The notes under the pieces are model-generated. The model saw only the letters and a list, made by a program, of their open reading frames with translations. It was not told where the DNA came from and made no database searches. Below, piece after piece: positions 39,232-52,689 of a stretch of DNA of 64,000 nt. Both the position numbers and the translations under genes were made by a program. Source of the DNA: Raillietiella orientalis (lineage: Eukaryota); the NCBI GenBank assembly GCA_036172245.1, contig JAYWIR010000004.1, positions 1,612,001-1,676,000 of the forward strand. The letters run 5' to 3'. Numbering within the stretch: the first letter of the stretch is position 1; each line of letters starts with the position of its first letter.

Positions 39232-40175
39232 GATTCTGTTGAAGTAGCAATAGATCCGTTGATCTAAGCCATTCAAAGTCACAGATCTGCAGACGAGGAC
39301 ATCCATGCGTTGATTTTTTTTCGAGCAGTGACAGGCAGTTTTTTTCTTGGTGAGTGAAAAGGTTCCAAAACACCACCGCAAGCAGATATTTGGCAGACGC
39401 CGCCACGCCTCTCAATATTCCCAAAGGACTCCTTCGGTGGAGCGAACTCCCGAGTGTGCCCCTCGAAGAACTTGTGGTTTCTCCCTCGTGCGCGGACACT
39501 TCTGTGTTCCCCCTTCCATGGAAGCAGGACGTCATCATGCTGGTGCATTGGGGTCTCCATTGCAACCAGCGCAGCAACGTTCTTTCCGGGGGAGTTGCCT
39601 CCCCGGACTGCAAAAGGTGCGGAGCAGCAGGAACGCTCCCGCACCTGCTTTCGGACTGCGGTGTCCTCCAAGGACTGTGGCGGAGGCTGACCTCAGCTCT
39701 CCTGCTCCAGGGGGACACCGCAAGGGGATTTGATGCGCCGCTTCTTCACGCCAGGCGGCAAAGGTATCATTAGGTGCGGTGGTCGCAACGGTCTGTTGCC
39801 CCCGCTCCATCGACAAGGCCCACCGAGAGCGGGAGAAGCTGGCGATTCGTCGTGAGGCCACCGGAATAGCCGACGAGAACATGAGGTCGGCTGCCGAGCG
39901 GCGTCATCTTCCAGAACACACAAGGAACGAGATCTCCGGCATCCAACAAGGATTCTGAAAGGAAGGAACGGCCGAAGTCCCCTGTCCCCAATTCTCCCCA
40001 TATCTTATAAAAAATATAAATAATGTGCATTTGTGGTCCCCTCCCTCCCGTTCTGGACTTTCGGATTTACCGAGCTGCATGTCGGGGAGCTCTCCCTCCG
40101 TCCCTCTGTACCCTTTGTCTGGAAACTTTTGTTCTCGGATAGTTTAGCTATAAACGCCCCGGCGCACCCGGGTGA
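39232..40175 (+). mobile_element. 5'-truncated Tx1/L1-like LINE (CCHC finger and 3' UTR), copy A
   Basis: FPLPWKQDV..HWG..CKRCGAAGTLPHLLSDC..LWRRL; ends ataaacgccccggcgcacccgggt. Confidence 0.8.
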
Positions 40176-40210
40176 AAAGCAAGCAGGCATTTCCGAGAAA
40201 GGGCATCTGA

Positions 40211-40455
40211 AGGTCCGTGAGGGGTACAGACACCATTCCAAGATTTACTTTTAAATTAGTATTTACATTCTTCTACCGTTAGGGGGTTACACATCCTTTG
40301 AGCCAAATGTGGTGAGCGTCGTTGATGAACGAGAATTCCGTGTTCAGAAGCCACGCAATACCGGAGAAACAGCTGCTGCAGTTAGCATAAACCATGCATC
40401 ATGATGTTTTCTGGATAACCAAATCGAAAAGATTGTTTTGCATCGACTCACAGCC
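40211..40455. repeat. 245-bp near-identical inverted duplicate of 44808-45052
   Basis: Reverse-complement match; one mismatch seen by eye. Confidence 0.95.
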
Positions 40456-40479
40456 AAGTGGCAGACAGTGTCAACTCCA

Positions 40480-40900
40480 AAGAGAGAATCCCCACTCTTG
40501 ATATTCATCTTGCAGTTTCTGAGGTTGTTACAGGCTTCAAAATCCATTTCTCACTTGATAAAGCAAACTCTCATTGACCTTAAAGTGTTCTTTTACATTG
40601 TATTGCATTCTACATTGCCCCAATAACAAAGATTTAATAGAATGTCTATTGCTAGCTTGTTCACCACTGTCTGCGACCATTCTTTGGAACTCAATATATG
40701 GTCGGATAACTCTTCTGGTTTCATAGAACTCTTGGAATTGAACGCCGAAAGTTTTTCGGTTGTTTGACATGATGCAATGCGTTTAGTATTGAGTTTGGAA
40801 ATGCTAAGCAAACGAAAGGAACCACTTGGCGAGTTATTTACGCGCTAATTTGAATGAAAGTCTCGTCCGGTTTGAATAGAAGGCTCCTTGAATTCAGATT
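40480..40900 (-). mobile_element. pogo/Tigger DDE transposase remnant
   Basis: PDETF, KEWSQTV, KSLLLG and KPVTTS appear in DDE_1 motif order. Confidence 0.45.
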
Positions 40901-41524
40901 AGAGAGACATTGCGAAAGTTATCAGTCAATGATTTTACGCCTCAAGTTTTCTTTCCACTCTAGAGTGCTAATGTTCAGCATGTCAGAGATAACTGCGTTT
41001 AAGCATCACTCCTTATGTAACACTTTTTAAGGAGGAAACTTTTAATTGCAAACACGTAGAGGGATCGAAACGTTCCATTTCCCGGGAATGATTATAAAAA
41101 AAACTTTCCATCTCAGCTATTAAGGAGGTAACACCATGAAGAAGAAGAACGGAGAATGGAACAAGAGGATTCGAATTTTTCGTACAAAAGCTTAATGTAA
41201 AATGTAATGAGTGCCATGGTCACTGCAATAAATCTGTCTGTGAATGTGTTTCCGATTAATAATTCGTTCATTAGAGAACGCGAGCATGAAACCAGACAGG
41301 TATTAGAAAGAACGTTTGAAGGATTAACAGCAGCCTACCCTGTTCGCTTTCCGTTTAAGAAGAATCTGTCTAAGGAACCAGGAAATCCATTGATTGTATT
41401 GAGATCACTAAAAGGATTCGAATGAACTGAAAGCTGCTTGTGATGCTCCTGGAGCACTGCGTCTCGTTTTCTCAAATAGCAATTCAGGGCTCGGATATTT
41501 TCGGCTACTCGTTGAACTCTGATT

Positions 41525-42422
41525 CCCACCCGGGTGCGCCGGGGCGTTTATTGCTAAACTATCCGAGAACAAAAGTTTCCGGACAAAGGGTACAGAGGTA
41601 CAGAGGGAGGAATCCCCGACACGCAGGTCGGTATAACCGAAAGTCCGAAACGGGAGGGAGGGGACCATCAATAAACATATAAAAAATATAAAAAAAGATA
41701 TGGGGGGAATTGGGGACTTCGGCCGTTCCTTTCTTTGAGAAAGGTCGGCTGCCCGCTCGGCAACCGACGTCATGTTCTCGACGGCTATTTCGGTGGCCTC
41801 ACGACGAATCGCCAGCTTCTCCCGCTCTCGGTGGGCCTTGTCGATGGAGCGGGGGCAACAGACCGTTGCGACCACCGCACCTAATGATACCTTTGCCGCC
41901 TGGCGTGAAGAAGCGGCGCATCAAATCCCCTTGCGGTGTCCCCCTGGAGCAGGAGAGCTGAGGTCAGCCTCCGCCACAGTCCTTGGAGGACACCGCAGTC
42001 CGAAAGCAGGTGCGGGAGCGTTCCTGCTGCTCCGCACCTTTTGCAGTCCGGGGAGGCAACTCCCCCGGAAAGAACGTTGCTGCGCTGGTTGCAATGGAAA
42101 CCCCAATGCACCAGCATGATGACGTCCTGCTTCCATGGAAGGGGGAACACAGAAGTGTCCGCGCACGAGGGAGAAACCACAAGTTCTTCGAGGGGCACAC
42201 TCGGGAGTTCGCTCCACCGAAGGAGTCCTTTGGGAATATTGAGAGGCGTGGCGGCGTCTGCCAAATATCTGCTTGCGGTGGTGTTTTGGAACCTTTTCAC
42301 TCACCAAGAAAAAAACTGCCTGTCACTGCTCGAAAAAAAATCAACGCATGGATGTCCTCGTCTGCAGATCTGTGACTTTGAATGGCTTAGATCAACGGAT
42401 CTATTGCTGCTTCAACAGAATC
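41525..42422 (-). mobile_element. 5'-truncated Tx1/L1-like LINE, copy B (inverted partner of copy A)
   Basis: 41791-42422 is the reverse complement of 39232-39863; the 3' UTR is homologous but diverged. Confidence 0.8.
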
Positions 42423-42619
42423 CATCAACAAATCACGTCTTTTTGCTGAAATCATCGGAATGAATCATTTCCTCTGATCCTTGAGACTTGCATGTGGTAC
42501 ACTTTTAAACTCCTCTCGTATCGAAGGAATCCAAATGAACTCGGGCATCTCTGAAAAATTTTCAGAGTTTGCTTCATCAGATTCAAGTGCTTGGTACACC
42601 ACATCGTTTATCGTACTCG

Positions 42620-42850
42620 GATCTCGCTCGGAAATGCAATTTGAGAATAATCTTCTGGCGATTCCCTGAAGTTTTGGAAAACCTGATTTACGAAGAATGC
42701 CACAAGCCTGCTGCTGCTACGCCCTGAACTGGGAATAGGCAAGGAGAGCTTCATGGTGCGCACCACGGGCAGGAAAAGGCAAGCAGGCAAAAAAGGGGAG
42801 CATTTCACGGAACTCGAGTTTAAAGGACGAGAGTATTCAGAGGGTATGTG
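42620..42850 (-). mobile_element. Possible hAT C-terminal dimerisation remnant
   Basis: KLSLPIPSSGRSSSRLVAFF resembles LSIPASSASSERxFS. Confidence 0.3.
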
Positions 42851-42929
42851 CGGCTGCATTACGTGGTTCACGGAAGTCAAGATTTGATTTTCTCCCGGGT
42901 GCAAAAAAAATCACACATCGCCGATCTCA

Positions 42930-42963
<34 letters not shown>

Positions 42964-44807
42964 CGTTAATTTCGCAAATAAATTCCATTGCATTCTTCCA
43001 GAGGTGGAATGCTTTTTAGGTTCCACTTCTTTGCATTCTATCTAGTTGGGGAGTGAAAGAATCATTATTTAAATCATCGTGCTTTTGTCTTTGTTTTTTT
43101 CTTTTTCAGTGGTCCAAACGCTGGTTTTCTCACCAAATGAAAGAAAGCAAAAATGAGAGTATCAGTCCCGCCTTCCGAGACAAACTCAGTGATCAATAAC
43201 CAGGTTGATTCCCTTGTCAAATATCAACACGAGAACGAAACTGGCTGAACTTTAATCCGCAGATGCAAAACATTAGTTGAGTACAAGTTGAGCTTCCTAT
43301 TCGGACGAATTACACACATGCATGCATGCATCAGAGCTATTAAATGCTTACTTAACCAGAGTTATTGATGACCAACGGCTGCTTAACATTTGGGAACGGA
43401 GGTATTCGAAGATACAGCAATGATGCGTCCAAACATGTTGCTGGAATACGGTTCTGTTCAAAAGTCTTTGCTCAGACATCTAGAGGTGCGTTACCGTGGA
43501 AAGGGAAGAAAACTGCGTGATACATCCACGTTCTTTTTTTTCTCCATCCACTCGTGAATTACAGCTCGGCCTTTTCTCCCTGTTTCCACACTCTCTTTCC
43601 TTTGATTAGTCTTTGGCTACTGACCTTTGTCATCCTCGCTTAGCTCGTGCTTCTGAGAGGTAACACTTCTTACCTTGCCGTGTCTGATACTCGAAAATAA
43701 CCTCCGGAAGTGCATCTACACTTTTGATCTGAAGAAAGGAGCGAGGCTAAAGAATCTTGTCTCGCTTTCCTGACCCCCTAATACTCAAGTATTTCCAGAA
43801 ACGAAATCCCTCTGGGAGACGTTCTCCTGAATAAGTTTCAACAAAATCTTGAAAGAAATCTGTTGGAGTTTGTTGCGTTGAACTTCTTCAAGCCCTCGGA
43901 TCCTCATGGTGTTGAAGTGATGCGGAAAATACGAGGGATCTTAGCAGAATCTAGGTCTGCAACTTTCTTTTGCAAGAGAGGAAAGCTTCTGGGCCACCTG
44001 AACAAGTAAGGGTACAGAGGAAGAAAGGAGCTGTTGAGAGCAGATGGATGCAAGCAACGTTTTTCCTTGTTTTTTTTTTTTTTTTTCTGTTGTTGTTTCG
44101 AAGCAACCGAAAACCGTCATTGAATGCAATACAATGTAGGATTATCATCCGAAATGATGGGTCACTGGAATACTCGAAGACCGATGCCAAATGCTCGTGC
44201 AAGCCTTTTGAAATAACAGAGAGGATCCTTCTGAAACATCTTCGTGCCAGCAGCATCAGCGTCGCTCAGCACAAGGAAACAGAAGGAACGGCCCAAGAGG
44301 GCCTTAGAGAATGAGGGGAAACCAGGTCCATGGCATCAAAGAGAACGCAAAGATCCTTGTCGTGTAGAAAGTGTAGGACACGCAACGCATTTAGCACATC
44401 GAGTTCAGGGAGCCCGCGCAATTAGTCAAGGATAACGCGTTTTCATATGAAAATCTCACGGCAGAAATAATTGCCGACGGCTAAATATTCAAATGAAAGC
44501 AAAGCAAGTTGACCTGCCAGTCACGGAAATCGTGCAGGAGTTTTGGATGGAAGCAAGCGTGCAAATGCTTGGCAACCGCTTCCGATGCACGGAAAGACAA
44601 AGGCTATAAGCACTTTGGTCGAACCGAAAACAGTGAGGATTGTACTGATAAAGTGAAATGTGATCCCACTTAGATTAAATCTGCACCGTGCCAACATCCA
44701 TTCGTTATCGGTCCCCACTCAGAACCAGCATTCCAGTATTGATTGACTGGAAGTAATATAAATCCGGGGGAAAAGTAAGGGAACTGCGTAGCCTATCCCG
44801 TAGCCTC

Positions 44808-45052
44808 GGCTGTGAGTCGATGCAAAACAATCTTTTCGATTTGGTTATCCAGAAAATATCATGATGCATGGTTTATGCTAACTGCAGCAGCTGTTTCTCC
44901 GGTATTGCGTGGCTTCTGAACACGGAATTCTCGTTCATCAACGACGCTCACCACATTTGGCTCAAAGGATGTGTAACCCCCTAACGGTAGAAGAATGTAA
45001 ATACTAATTTAAAAGTAAATCTTGGAATGGTGTCTGTACCCCTCACGGACCT
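44808..45052. repeat. 245-bp near-identical inverted duplicate of 40211-40455
   Basis: Reverse-complement match. Confidence 0.95.
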
Positions 45053-46200
45053 CACCTACCTCAATTAGAAAGGGCATCCGCCCTTTCTAATTGAGCTGAA
45101 GAAACCAATTCATATGCTTAGCTGCCTCGTTTATTGATTAAAGAAAAGAAGAAAAATCAAATTTTCGGAATGCACATTTTTCAGATGTCCTGTCACTTTT
45201 TCGAGGAAGATTCAGCTCTCCATCTAAGGATTTAGAGCAGGTAGTCTTCTTAATGGAAACACAGGAAAACAAACGACACACATAGCAGGAGATTGGTAGC
45301 TTCATGGAAATCCAAAAGAATCTCATAATCGTTGTTGATTTTGTAAGGACACAATAAAAGATGTGTTCGCCTAGCCGGGAGAAATCCTCGTCACTAGGCA
45401 AAGTGGGCAAAAAAAAAAAAAAAAATGGGGGGGGGGGGATGTTAAACAAGATTCCCGCTAAGTTGAAACAAACAACACACTCCTCGATATTCAAACATAA
45501 ACACTTGCGAATGGGCTCAGGAAAGTGTGAGGAGCAGACACCCAAAAGTGCATGATGGGAGGAAAATTCTCAAATCCAGAGAGGTTGCCCCGAAACACTC
45601 AGAAACACGCTGCATATAAATGAACAGCAAAATGGTCTCCATTTAAAAACTTTTCTAAGGTATTCATGGGTTGTTTTCCGGAAATCTAAAAATTCTCACA
45701 GTTGCAATGTACAATACCTTTGGGGATCAAGGAATTTTCTCTTCGGAATAAGAAACTTTAAGAATGATTTCATCGGAAGCTCTCAACTTGGCGGAGAGTT
45801 TGGCTGACCAGCAGCTACCAGTTTTAAAGATTGTCATTTGTTTCCCAATCGTATGCGTCTCCGAGGTGAACCTGTAGCATCACAATAGTCAACCTCGAGA
45901 TTCATGTGATGAATGAAAACATCAGAATACTCGTTTAGCGCAAAGGCCTCGTAAAGCTTCAGCTTATTGGAAATCCAAATTCAAACCATCGAATCCATTT
46001 CTATGAGTTCATTGTCCGTAAGCATATTCGGATTGGCAATTCTGAGTATAGAGTTTTCAGCGAGCGACAAATTTCAGGAAGAAGCTCTCCAAATACAAGA
46101 AAAGAACCCCAAAGAGAGACTGCTGTTTTCCAGTTACCGAAAGAACAATACCTTGGGGTATTTAGTGCCGCAAACTGGCAAACACATCGTGGCACGTGGA

Positions 46201-46820
46201 ATGGCTTCCAGCCTTGAGAAAGTCAGCAGCATTGCTGGTACGATGCCCAAACGCTCGATCCACGGGTAAACCACGACATCTTTATGATCAGGGAGAAACA
46301 GAGGTGTGTTCAAAGATGCTGCAAGAGCCTCATAAAGACGCGATTCCTTTCCGAACCCCATGATCGCCGGGAATGAATGAGATCTGTGTTTCCCCTTCAA
46401 AGAGAAAAACGCACAAAGGACTGCAGCATGTTGCACTGCCGCATCCATCCAGTTATCGGTTCGTGAAGGAGCGGACTTGCACCAGGAAGGGCGTGGCGAA
46501 GATGCTGGTTACCCGGGACCTTGAGACGAGCCTCCGCTTTTCTGCTGTTTCCCGTTCTGGTTCCACCTCAAAAGACTCCCTGATGCAACTGGGCTGGACT
46601 TTAGGCAAGAGGACACTTTCGGCACAGGAGGCAGCAGCAGCGAAGAGGGGAAAGAAAAGCTCCCGCTCCACTTGGGGCGGGGCACCTTCCGTTTCTGTTC
46701 GTGGGATCGGATGCTGCACGCGACGCGGAGTGGGTCCTCAGAGCATCATCACCTCTTCCTCGAATCGCCTCCATGGAATCTGTCCCAAGGAAAGAAAGAT
46801 GGAGCCTCAGAGATGCTACA
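46201..46820. repeat. Direct near-identical duplicate of 58618-59254 (probably decayed LINE ORF2, minus strand)
   Basis: Identical apart from about three substitutions and one 17-bp indel seen by eye. The LINE origin is tentative. Confidence 0.93.
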
Positions 46821-47999
46821 ACAAACTGAATGGAAAATTGCTTGAATAGCTAAACTTTTTGGAATATTGTGTTCTTTTGAAGATTTCTGGATTGGAAATC
46901 AGCTGTTTTGAGCTATAGGGAAGGTTCTATGGAATGTACACGTGAAAATCTATTGAAAGCAGCTCGTTGGCCAGACTTGAATGGCATCATCCTTTTCAGC
47001 AACCCTTTGTACCAAGATCAAATGAGCTCATGGGAACAGATGGAGTTTAAAGATGTAAATGAGACAAGGAAGAGTTCCATAAAGGAACCTTAGGAAAATT
47101 TGCATCCTGCGCCACTGGATAATGTAGATCGTCTTTGTTAAAAATCTGTCATCTGAGCCACGACGTTCTCAAAAATGCAAAAAAGTTGCGTCAGCATCTG
47201 CATATTTTGTGCATTTTGTCGATATTATTTCTGTGCGAGATCCGAGCCAGAAGACTTTTTTATGCACGACCTCTGAGTGTACCTCAGGAGACATTTCAAA
47301 GATAAATATTTTGAGGAGCAAATTACAGAAATCTCACGTGAACATGCTGGGTTTGACACACAACAGTTCCTCAAACAAGAGTGCACGAGAATCGTGGAGA
47401 CTGGACAAGGAAATTACAGAAAGGGCACTTGCCTATTCCGGTGATTTAGAGATACGGAATTTGTAGGTTTCTGTTTTCAATAGTCTATCTCGGGGGTGTC
47501 GAGATCTGTCATCATCTAGATGCTACCCTGGTACTAGCACGGAAAGCACCTTTGCGGTCATCTGTGGATACTGGAAGCTTCAACCGGACTTGCTATTCGG
47601 CTCCAGTGTATATTTAGAGATGGCTGCCATGAACATAAAAGGAACGCTGTTCTCTTGTCGCTCGGAGAACTCAAGTATGAAATCCCCAATCCACTGAGAA
47701 TAATCGATGAAATATAATCTGGGAAGCGCGATTTGAGTCTTTGAGAGGATAATTCAAATCACAGTGAAGAATGATGCTTGAGAGCGAAGCTAATGGCGCT
47801 GCTCGCATGTACAGAAAGTACTCTGTAGGCAACTCCTCAAACACTGCGTCACGGAGCCAACTGCAATCAATGGAAGACATGACGAACTAGTGACCCAGAT
47901 CCAGCGAGCTACTGTGTAACAGGGAAAGTTGGTGGCCTCCCGTCGGTCTGTCAGACCTAATGCTCCAGGAAGGAGGAGAAGCAATCATGCAAGAATCAC

Positions 48000-48200
48000 G
48001 TGCCCTTTGAAGTATCCTGAGAAGGTGATGGAAGAGGAGAGAAGGAAGAAGGCAGGTGTAAGGCTCGCTTCTCACTTCGCTTGCAAAGGAGTATCTCGGG
48101 TGGCCCTCGTCAGTATGAGCGCTCGCCGTAGGTTCCCTGAGATCGTGGGATCAGACGAACGATGAAGTACCGAGGTAACCGGAGATTCCAGAGAGACGGA
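48000..48200 (+). mobile_element. hAT transposase C-terminal dimerisation remnant
   Basis: *WK..SLAKEYLGWPSSV..F.EIVGSDER resembles WWK..LAKxYLxxPASS..ERxFS..G...R. Confidence 0.5.
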
Positions 48201-48559
48201 CGGAGCTCATAAAAGGCGAACCGGTGCGCTCGCACCTCGCACATCCGGTATTGCTAGATGTATATTGAAAGCATCGGATGGGTGACCTCTTGCACTAAAA
48301 GCAGCCTCAGGAACCACAGCTCTATTCTGAGTACAGGCTGAAGAGAACGGTCAGTCTGGAAGGATGGTCGAGATTCACCACTTCATTTGTTTGTACCCCT
48401 TTTTTCTAAACATGGATGGAATAAAAAAAAAAGGATAAATAAAAGTTATGTTATAGGTTTTTTATAGTTAGGTGCAGTAGGGAAACGAGGAGACCCACTC
48501 TGAAATAATGAGGAAACACACGTTGCATGCCAGTTAGTTGAAGTTCCTCTTGCTTCCTT

Positions 48560-50260
48560 GAGTACCAACTAATGAGGACCGACTTCCTCTCATGCCTTCC
48601 CAGTCCGAAAGAAAGCCAGAAGGAAAAAGCAAAGGAAATTCCAAACGCGATCCTGGACGTGCTGCAGAGACTCTTCACTTTGAAGTCTTCTGGATGAAGG
48701 ACGGCTGTAGGGACCGAACTGAAGGAAAGAAGTTTTCGTGAATCATCCTCTAGATGAAGGAGTTGCTTTCTGATTCTGCGTTTATTTTGTCAGTAAAGGA
48801 AGTGATGAGAAAGGAACTTCAGGCGCGTCTTCCATGGAAACGATGAACTTCGAAATCCCAAGTGACAGCAACAACAACAATTTCAACTTTTTGTGTGCAA
48901 AAATGGTCAATCAGAACACCTTTGAATGTATGCTAGGGTGGGAAAAGGAAACGGAAAGTGCTCTCATCCCGATGGATGCAAAGCTGATGCCTCAGGAGCT
49001 TGGCGTCTGCTTGGCTTCCTGCACCAGAAGCATGCAAGGGACTGCAACATGCCTCAGAGTCAAGGAAAACAAACTGCCTGAGGAATCCGCCGAGCAGAGT
49101 CAGGTCTAGAAGGAGGGCGCAGCACTCCGGAAAGCTGCGGCTCGGGGAGGCGCCGCTAAATCGCACGCTCTTCCGTCCACTGCGTCGGACGCCGCGAAAG
49201 TCTGAATAGTCGGCACGGGGGAGAGCGGAAAGAATGTTCTGGCATCTGGAACAAGAGAGTTCGCGTGCACTAAATGAACACCCATGTCGAATATTGAGGG
49301 AACGATCTTCACGATTTCTGCCATCTCCAGACGGTCTCCCTGTTCTGTCCTATGAGGTCATGGTGTCATTTCCAAGCTTCCTCATCAGTTTGTGCAAGTT
49401 TCCTTGGACGCTGATGTTCCGGGAGTTTTTACTTTTGGGGGAAAACTTGCTCCAGTATATGCGTCCAATATGTGCCACGGCTGTATCATATGTTAGAGGC
49501 GAGCCCAAGGCGCCTTGTCGAGGTTTGATTTCGGGATCATCAGCATCCCATCAATTCGGATCACAGCAAACTTAGAGAGCCAAATATCAGGATTCTATGG
49601 CCCAGAGGGTCACTTGAACATCCTTCGTCGACAGGAAAGAAGCGAGGTCTCTGTATTTGGTCTACTTTTCTTTCTTAAGGAGTACTGAAGAACCGTTCGT
49701 CCCCTTGAGGGGTGAGGGGGTCTCATGGAGCTCTTTTACACCATTGACGCCATCAGAGGGTGCATGTAACTTTTCAGTTTAGGGGGAAACCCCCAGAGGA
49801 GCTACCCTATGAATCCAGGAAGGCTTTGGAGGAAGGAGTCCGTTCCTTCTCTTACTCTTGGTAGTGAGCCTTCGACCTGGTTGTCTCCGAAGGGAATCCC
49901 GAAGGGAACCTCTTCCTTGTTCTTCTGGAGGGCTCTCCCGGAGGAGATCACCCCTCATTTCTTCCCCGCAGGAAACACGGAAGGGATCCGCCTCTGGAAT
50001 TTCTTCTCCGGAACCGCTTCCTGATTCCTCTTCTGAAGAGAATCCTTAAGGGACGCTTCCAGATTTCCCTGAAGGGCGCTTCCCGGAGGAAAGAGAGCTT
50101 TTCTGACACTTTGGAGAGGCAACTCCCAGGAGGGTATCAACCAGATCCATGAAACGCGATGCAGGGTCCTTCCCCGAGGCGAGGGGGAGTGGCTGTCCAT
50201 TGCAGGAATGAGCCTATTGGAGGAAACCGCTTCCCAGTTCCATTTCATTGTCATCTTTGA
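48560..50260 (+). mobile_element. Degenerate Tx1/L1-like ORF2
   Basis: SPDGLPVLSY (SPGPDGLPxEFY-like), RPIC, and a thumb-like LFFWR..EGIRLWNF segment shared with two other loci. Confidence 0.6.
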
Positions 50261-50419
50261 TCGACGAAGCAGGAAATCACGCTGCCGAATGTACTGGAGA
50301 GAATGCTACAGGAAGTGAGACAACGTACGAGACAGAGTCTCATCCCGAAATTGGCATCTTCTGCGAACACGGTCTCGTTTGTGACATGGACTGAGTGGAT
50401 CTTAAGCTTGGATGAAGAT

Positions 50420-51450
50420 CTCTTCTAATTTGAATAAACTTGGCTTGAAGAAATCGAAAGCGGTACAACCCTTAAGAAAAAAAGGAAGGACGTGGAGTGG
50501 CCAGGAATCTGCAATTCGAATGCTGAGGAAAGTCCGTAGCAACGTTTCAGGCGAAATTAGGAAGATTGTAGGCAATCCGTAGAGCGAAGAATGGTAAGAA
50601 AAATTCAAGGCAGAGGAAAAGTCTCCGACAGCCATCTGTCCAAGAAGTTGCGGAGGAAATTCCAAACAACATTCCAACCAATTTCCTACATCAGAATCCA
50701 GAAACGGTTTGTTGTTGAGACTTGGCTACTTCCTAATACAGATCTTTTTACACAAGCGAGGTCCAACAGAAACCCCTCAAAAATGCAACAGGGAAGCATC
50801 CATTGGAAGAGCCTCTGATTCAAAGATTTTTGCAAGCAAAAAAGAATATAGATTAGCAAAAATACAAGAATATAGGCACTCAAGATGAATTGCGAATGCA
50901 AGTTAAACAGAAAAAGAAAAGACTTGAAAGAATGGAGTGGACCACACCTCTACGTAGGGAAGGGGTGCCAGTCTGATGGGGAAGAGAAAGTGTCGAATTG
51001 CTCATGTTACTGGGGAAAATCCGGACGTCTTCCGTGTTTGAAGACGCCTCTCATCTACCAGAATTAATATGTGCGGAAAGTTTCAGAGGACAAGCATTAG
51101 ATGATATTGAGTCGAACGCAAGAAGGTGACCCTGCCGCATTCTCTGACCTTATCATCGAAGGAAGCGGAAGTAGAACTGCTTACAAAAAAGGAAACCTAT
51201 TTCAGAGAGACCACTTCGGCCTCTCAAAAGTGGGTTTCCACATGCCCCAGAGGAACTGGAGACGCTGTTCTCCTGCTCTCTGAGCTCACACACAGATCTG
51301 CAAACGGAAAATCGTTGCAGAGAGAAGGCACGCTACTGTGTGATGGAGGCTTCCCGTGTCAAAGAGTTGCAGATGAGATTCGATGATAAATTGCAATGGC
51401 TTTCTTTTTGTTTGCGCAAGTGTCATGCACGTGCTATTCAGCGTGCATCA
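50420..51450 (+). mobile_element. pogo/Tigger transposase remnant
   Basis: CQSDGEEK...GKSGRLPCLK matches the CxNADGxEK...GKSxxPRCFK motif. Confidence 0.55.
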
Positions 51451-52689
51451 GGGAATCTCGATGTGAGCAAACGTAAGGTATCTCAAAACTTGGAGCACTC
51501 TCCTCTAATCCTTGGAAAAAGACCATTGGAAAACGAGATGTAGGGAGAAAGGGAGGTCTGAAAAAATGTTTCCAACAAAGATAAGGAACGAGAAGAAAAT
51601 AAAGCAAGGATTCTTCATATTTTGATGAGGAGGAGAGTGTGTTTAAGATATGAAGCCTTCCTAAAAATGAAGCCATGAGCAAATAACAAATGACATAAAT
51701 GGAAGGGCTCATCTTGAAGCCTCCTTCTCTTTGCTAGTATGAATGGAAAGCAGGACCACGGTCTTTGGAAGCTCTGCATGAAATTTCTCCATGCTTTGAT
51801 GTACAGAAACTGTTATTGATTTTCCGTACGTTTTATGACGGCTTAAGGATTCTTCTGCAAGTTAAGGTGAAGGTAACATCAACCTAAAAACCGAAGCGCT
51901 TGAAACTGTTAGAAAATCAAAGATTTCAAATTGTCCTGCAGATGAGTGAGTGAAATTTTCAAATTTCCTTCGGATAAATAGTACGAAAAATACTGGAAAG
52001 ATTTTACGTGAGACATACTATCGCTTTCCCTTGGAAAAGCAAACGGTCCAGAGTCTTGTGCTCGGAATCGGAGCTTGAATGCGTCAGAGTAGCACTCAAA
52101 CGTACGTTCCCTCGAAGCTTCGTAGAGGAACGCATCTTTCGCAGAAGAGTTGAGTCATGTGCCCCCTCAATCGGTTTTAATCTCTGATGCAACTTGGAAA
52201 AGCTCCTTGACGGTGCACTCAGTTTCCTGAGGATGCCGAGTTTGCAAGGAATTCCGTTGCGCAGGACGAATGCCCTTTCTCTCCGTTTACCATTCCCATA
52301 GACACATCCGTTCGGAATGCCTATCAATCGGAAAACTGCTGGATACAAATCCGAAAGTTCAAGTGCATCTGATAAAATCAGTCGTTTGGAGGATCTTTGA
52401 CCGCAATCCAATGTGGTGGAAGAAGGATCAAGTATAAGAGGAACCGATGAAATCGATGTCTTCAACGTATCATGTGTTACCATCCACGTTACAACGTTAC
52501 GAATCTTCAGAGTTTTTTCTTTTGTATTAGTCACATGTGAACAAGGCACTTAAGGGAGTGTGTGAAGTAGACCTTGTGGAAGAAAAAAGAGATGGATGGA
52601 AAAGAAGATGACAGAGAAAAGAAATGATTTACGAGTAGAAGGAAAAAGAAAGGGTAAGAAACCAATGGCGAGGAACTGATCATGAAGAT

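Noticed and set aside
41590..41670. HDV-like ribozyme in the LINE 3' UTR
   Set aside because: P1- and P3-like pairings exist, but there is no G after P1 for P1.1 and no P4 or catalytic J4/2 strand.
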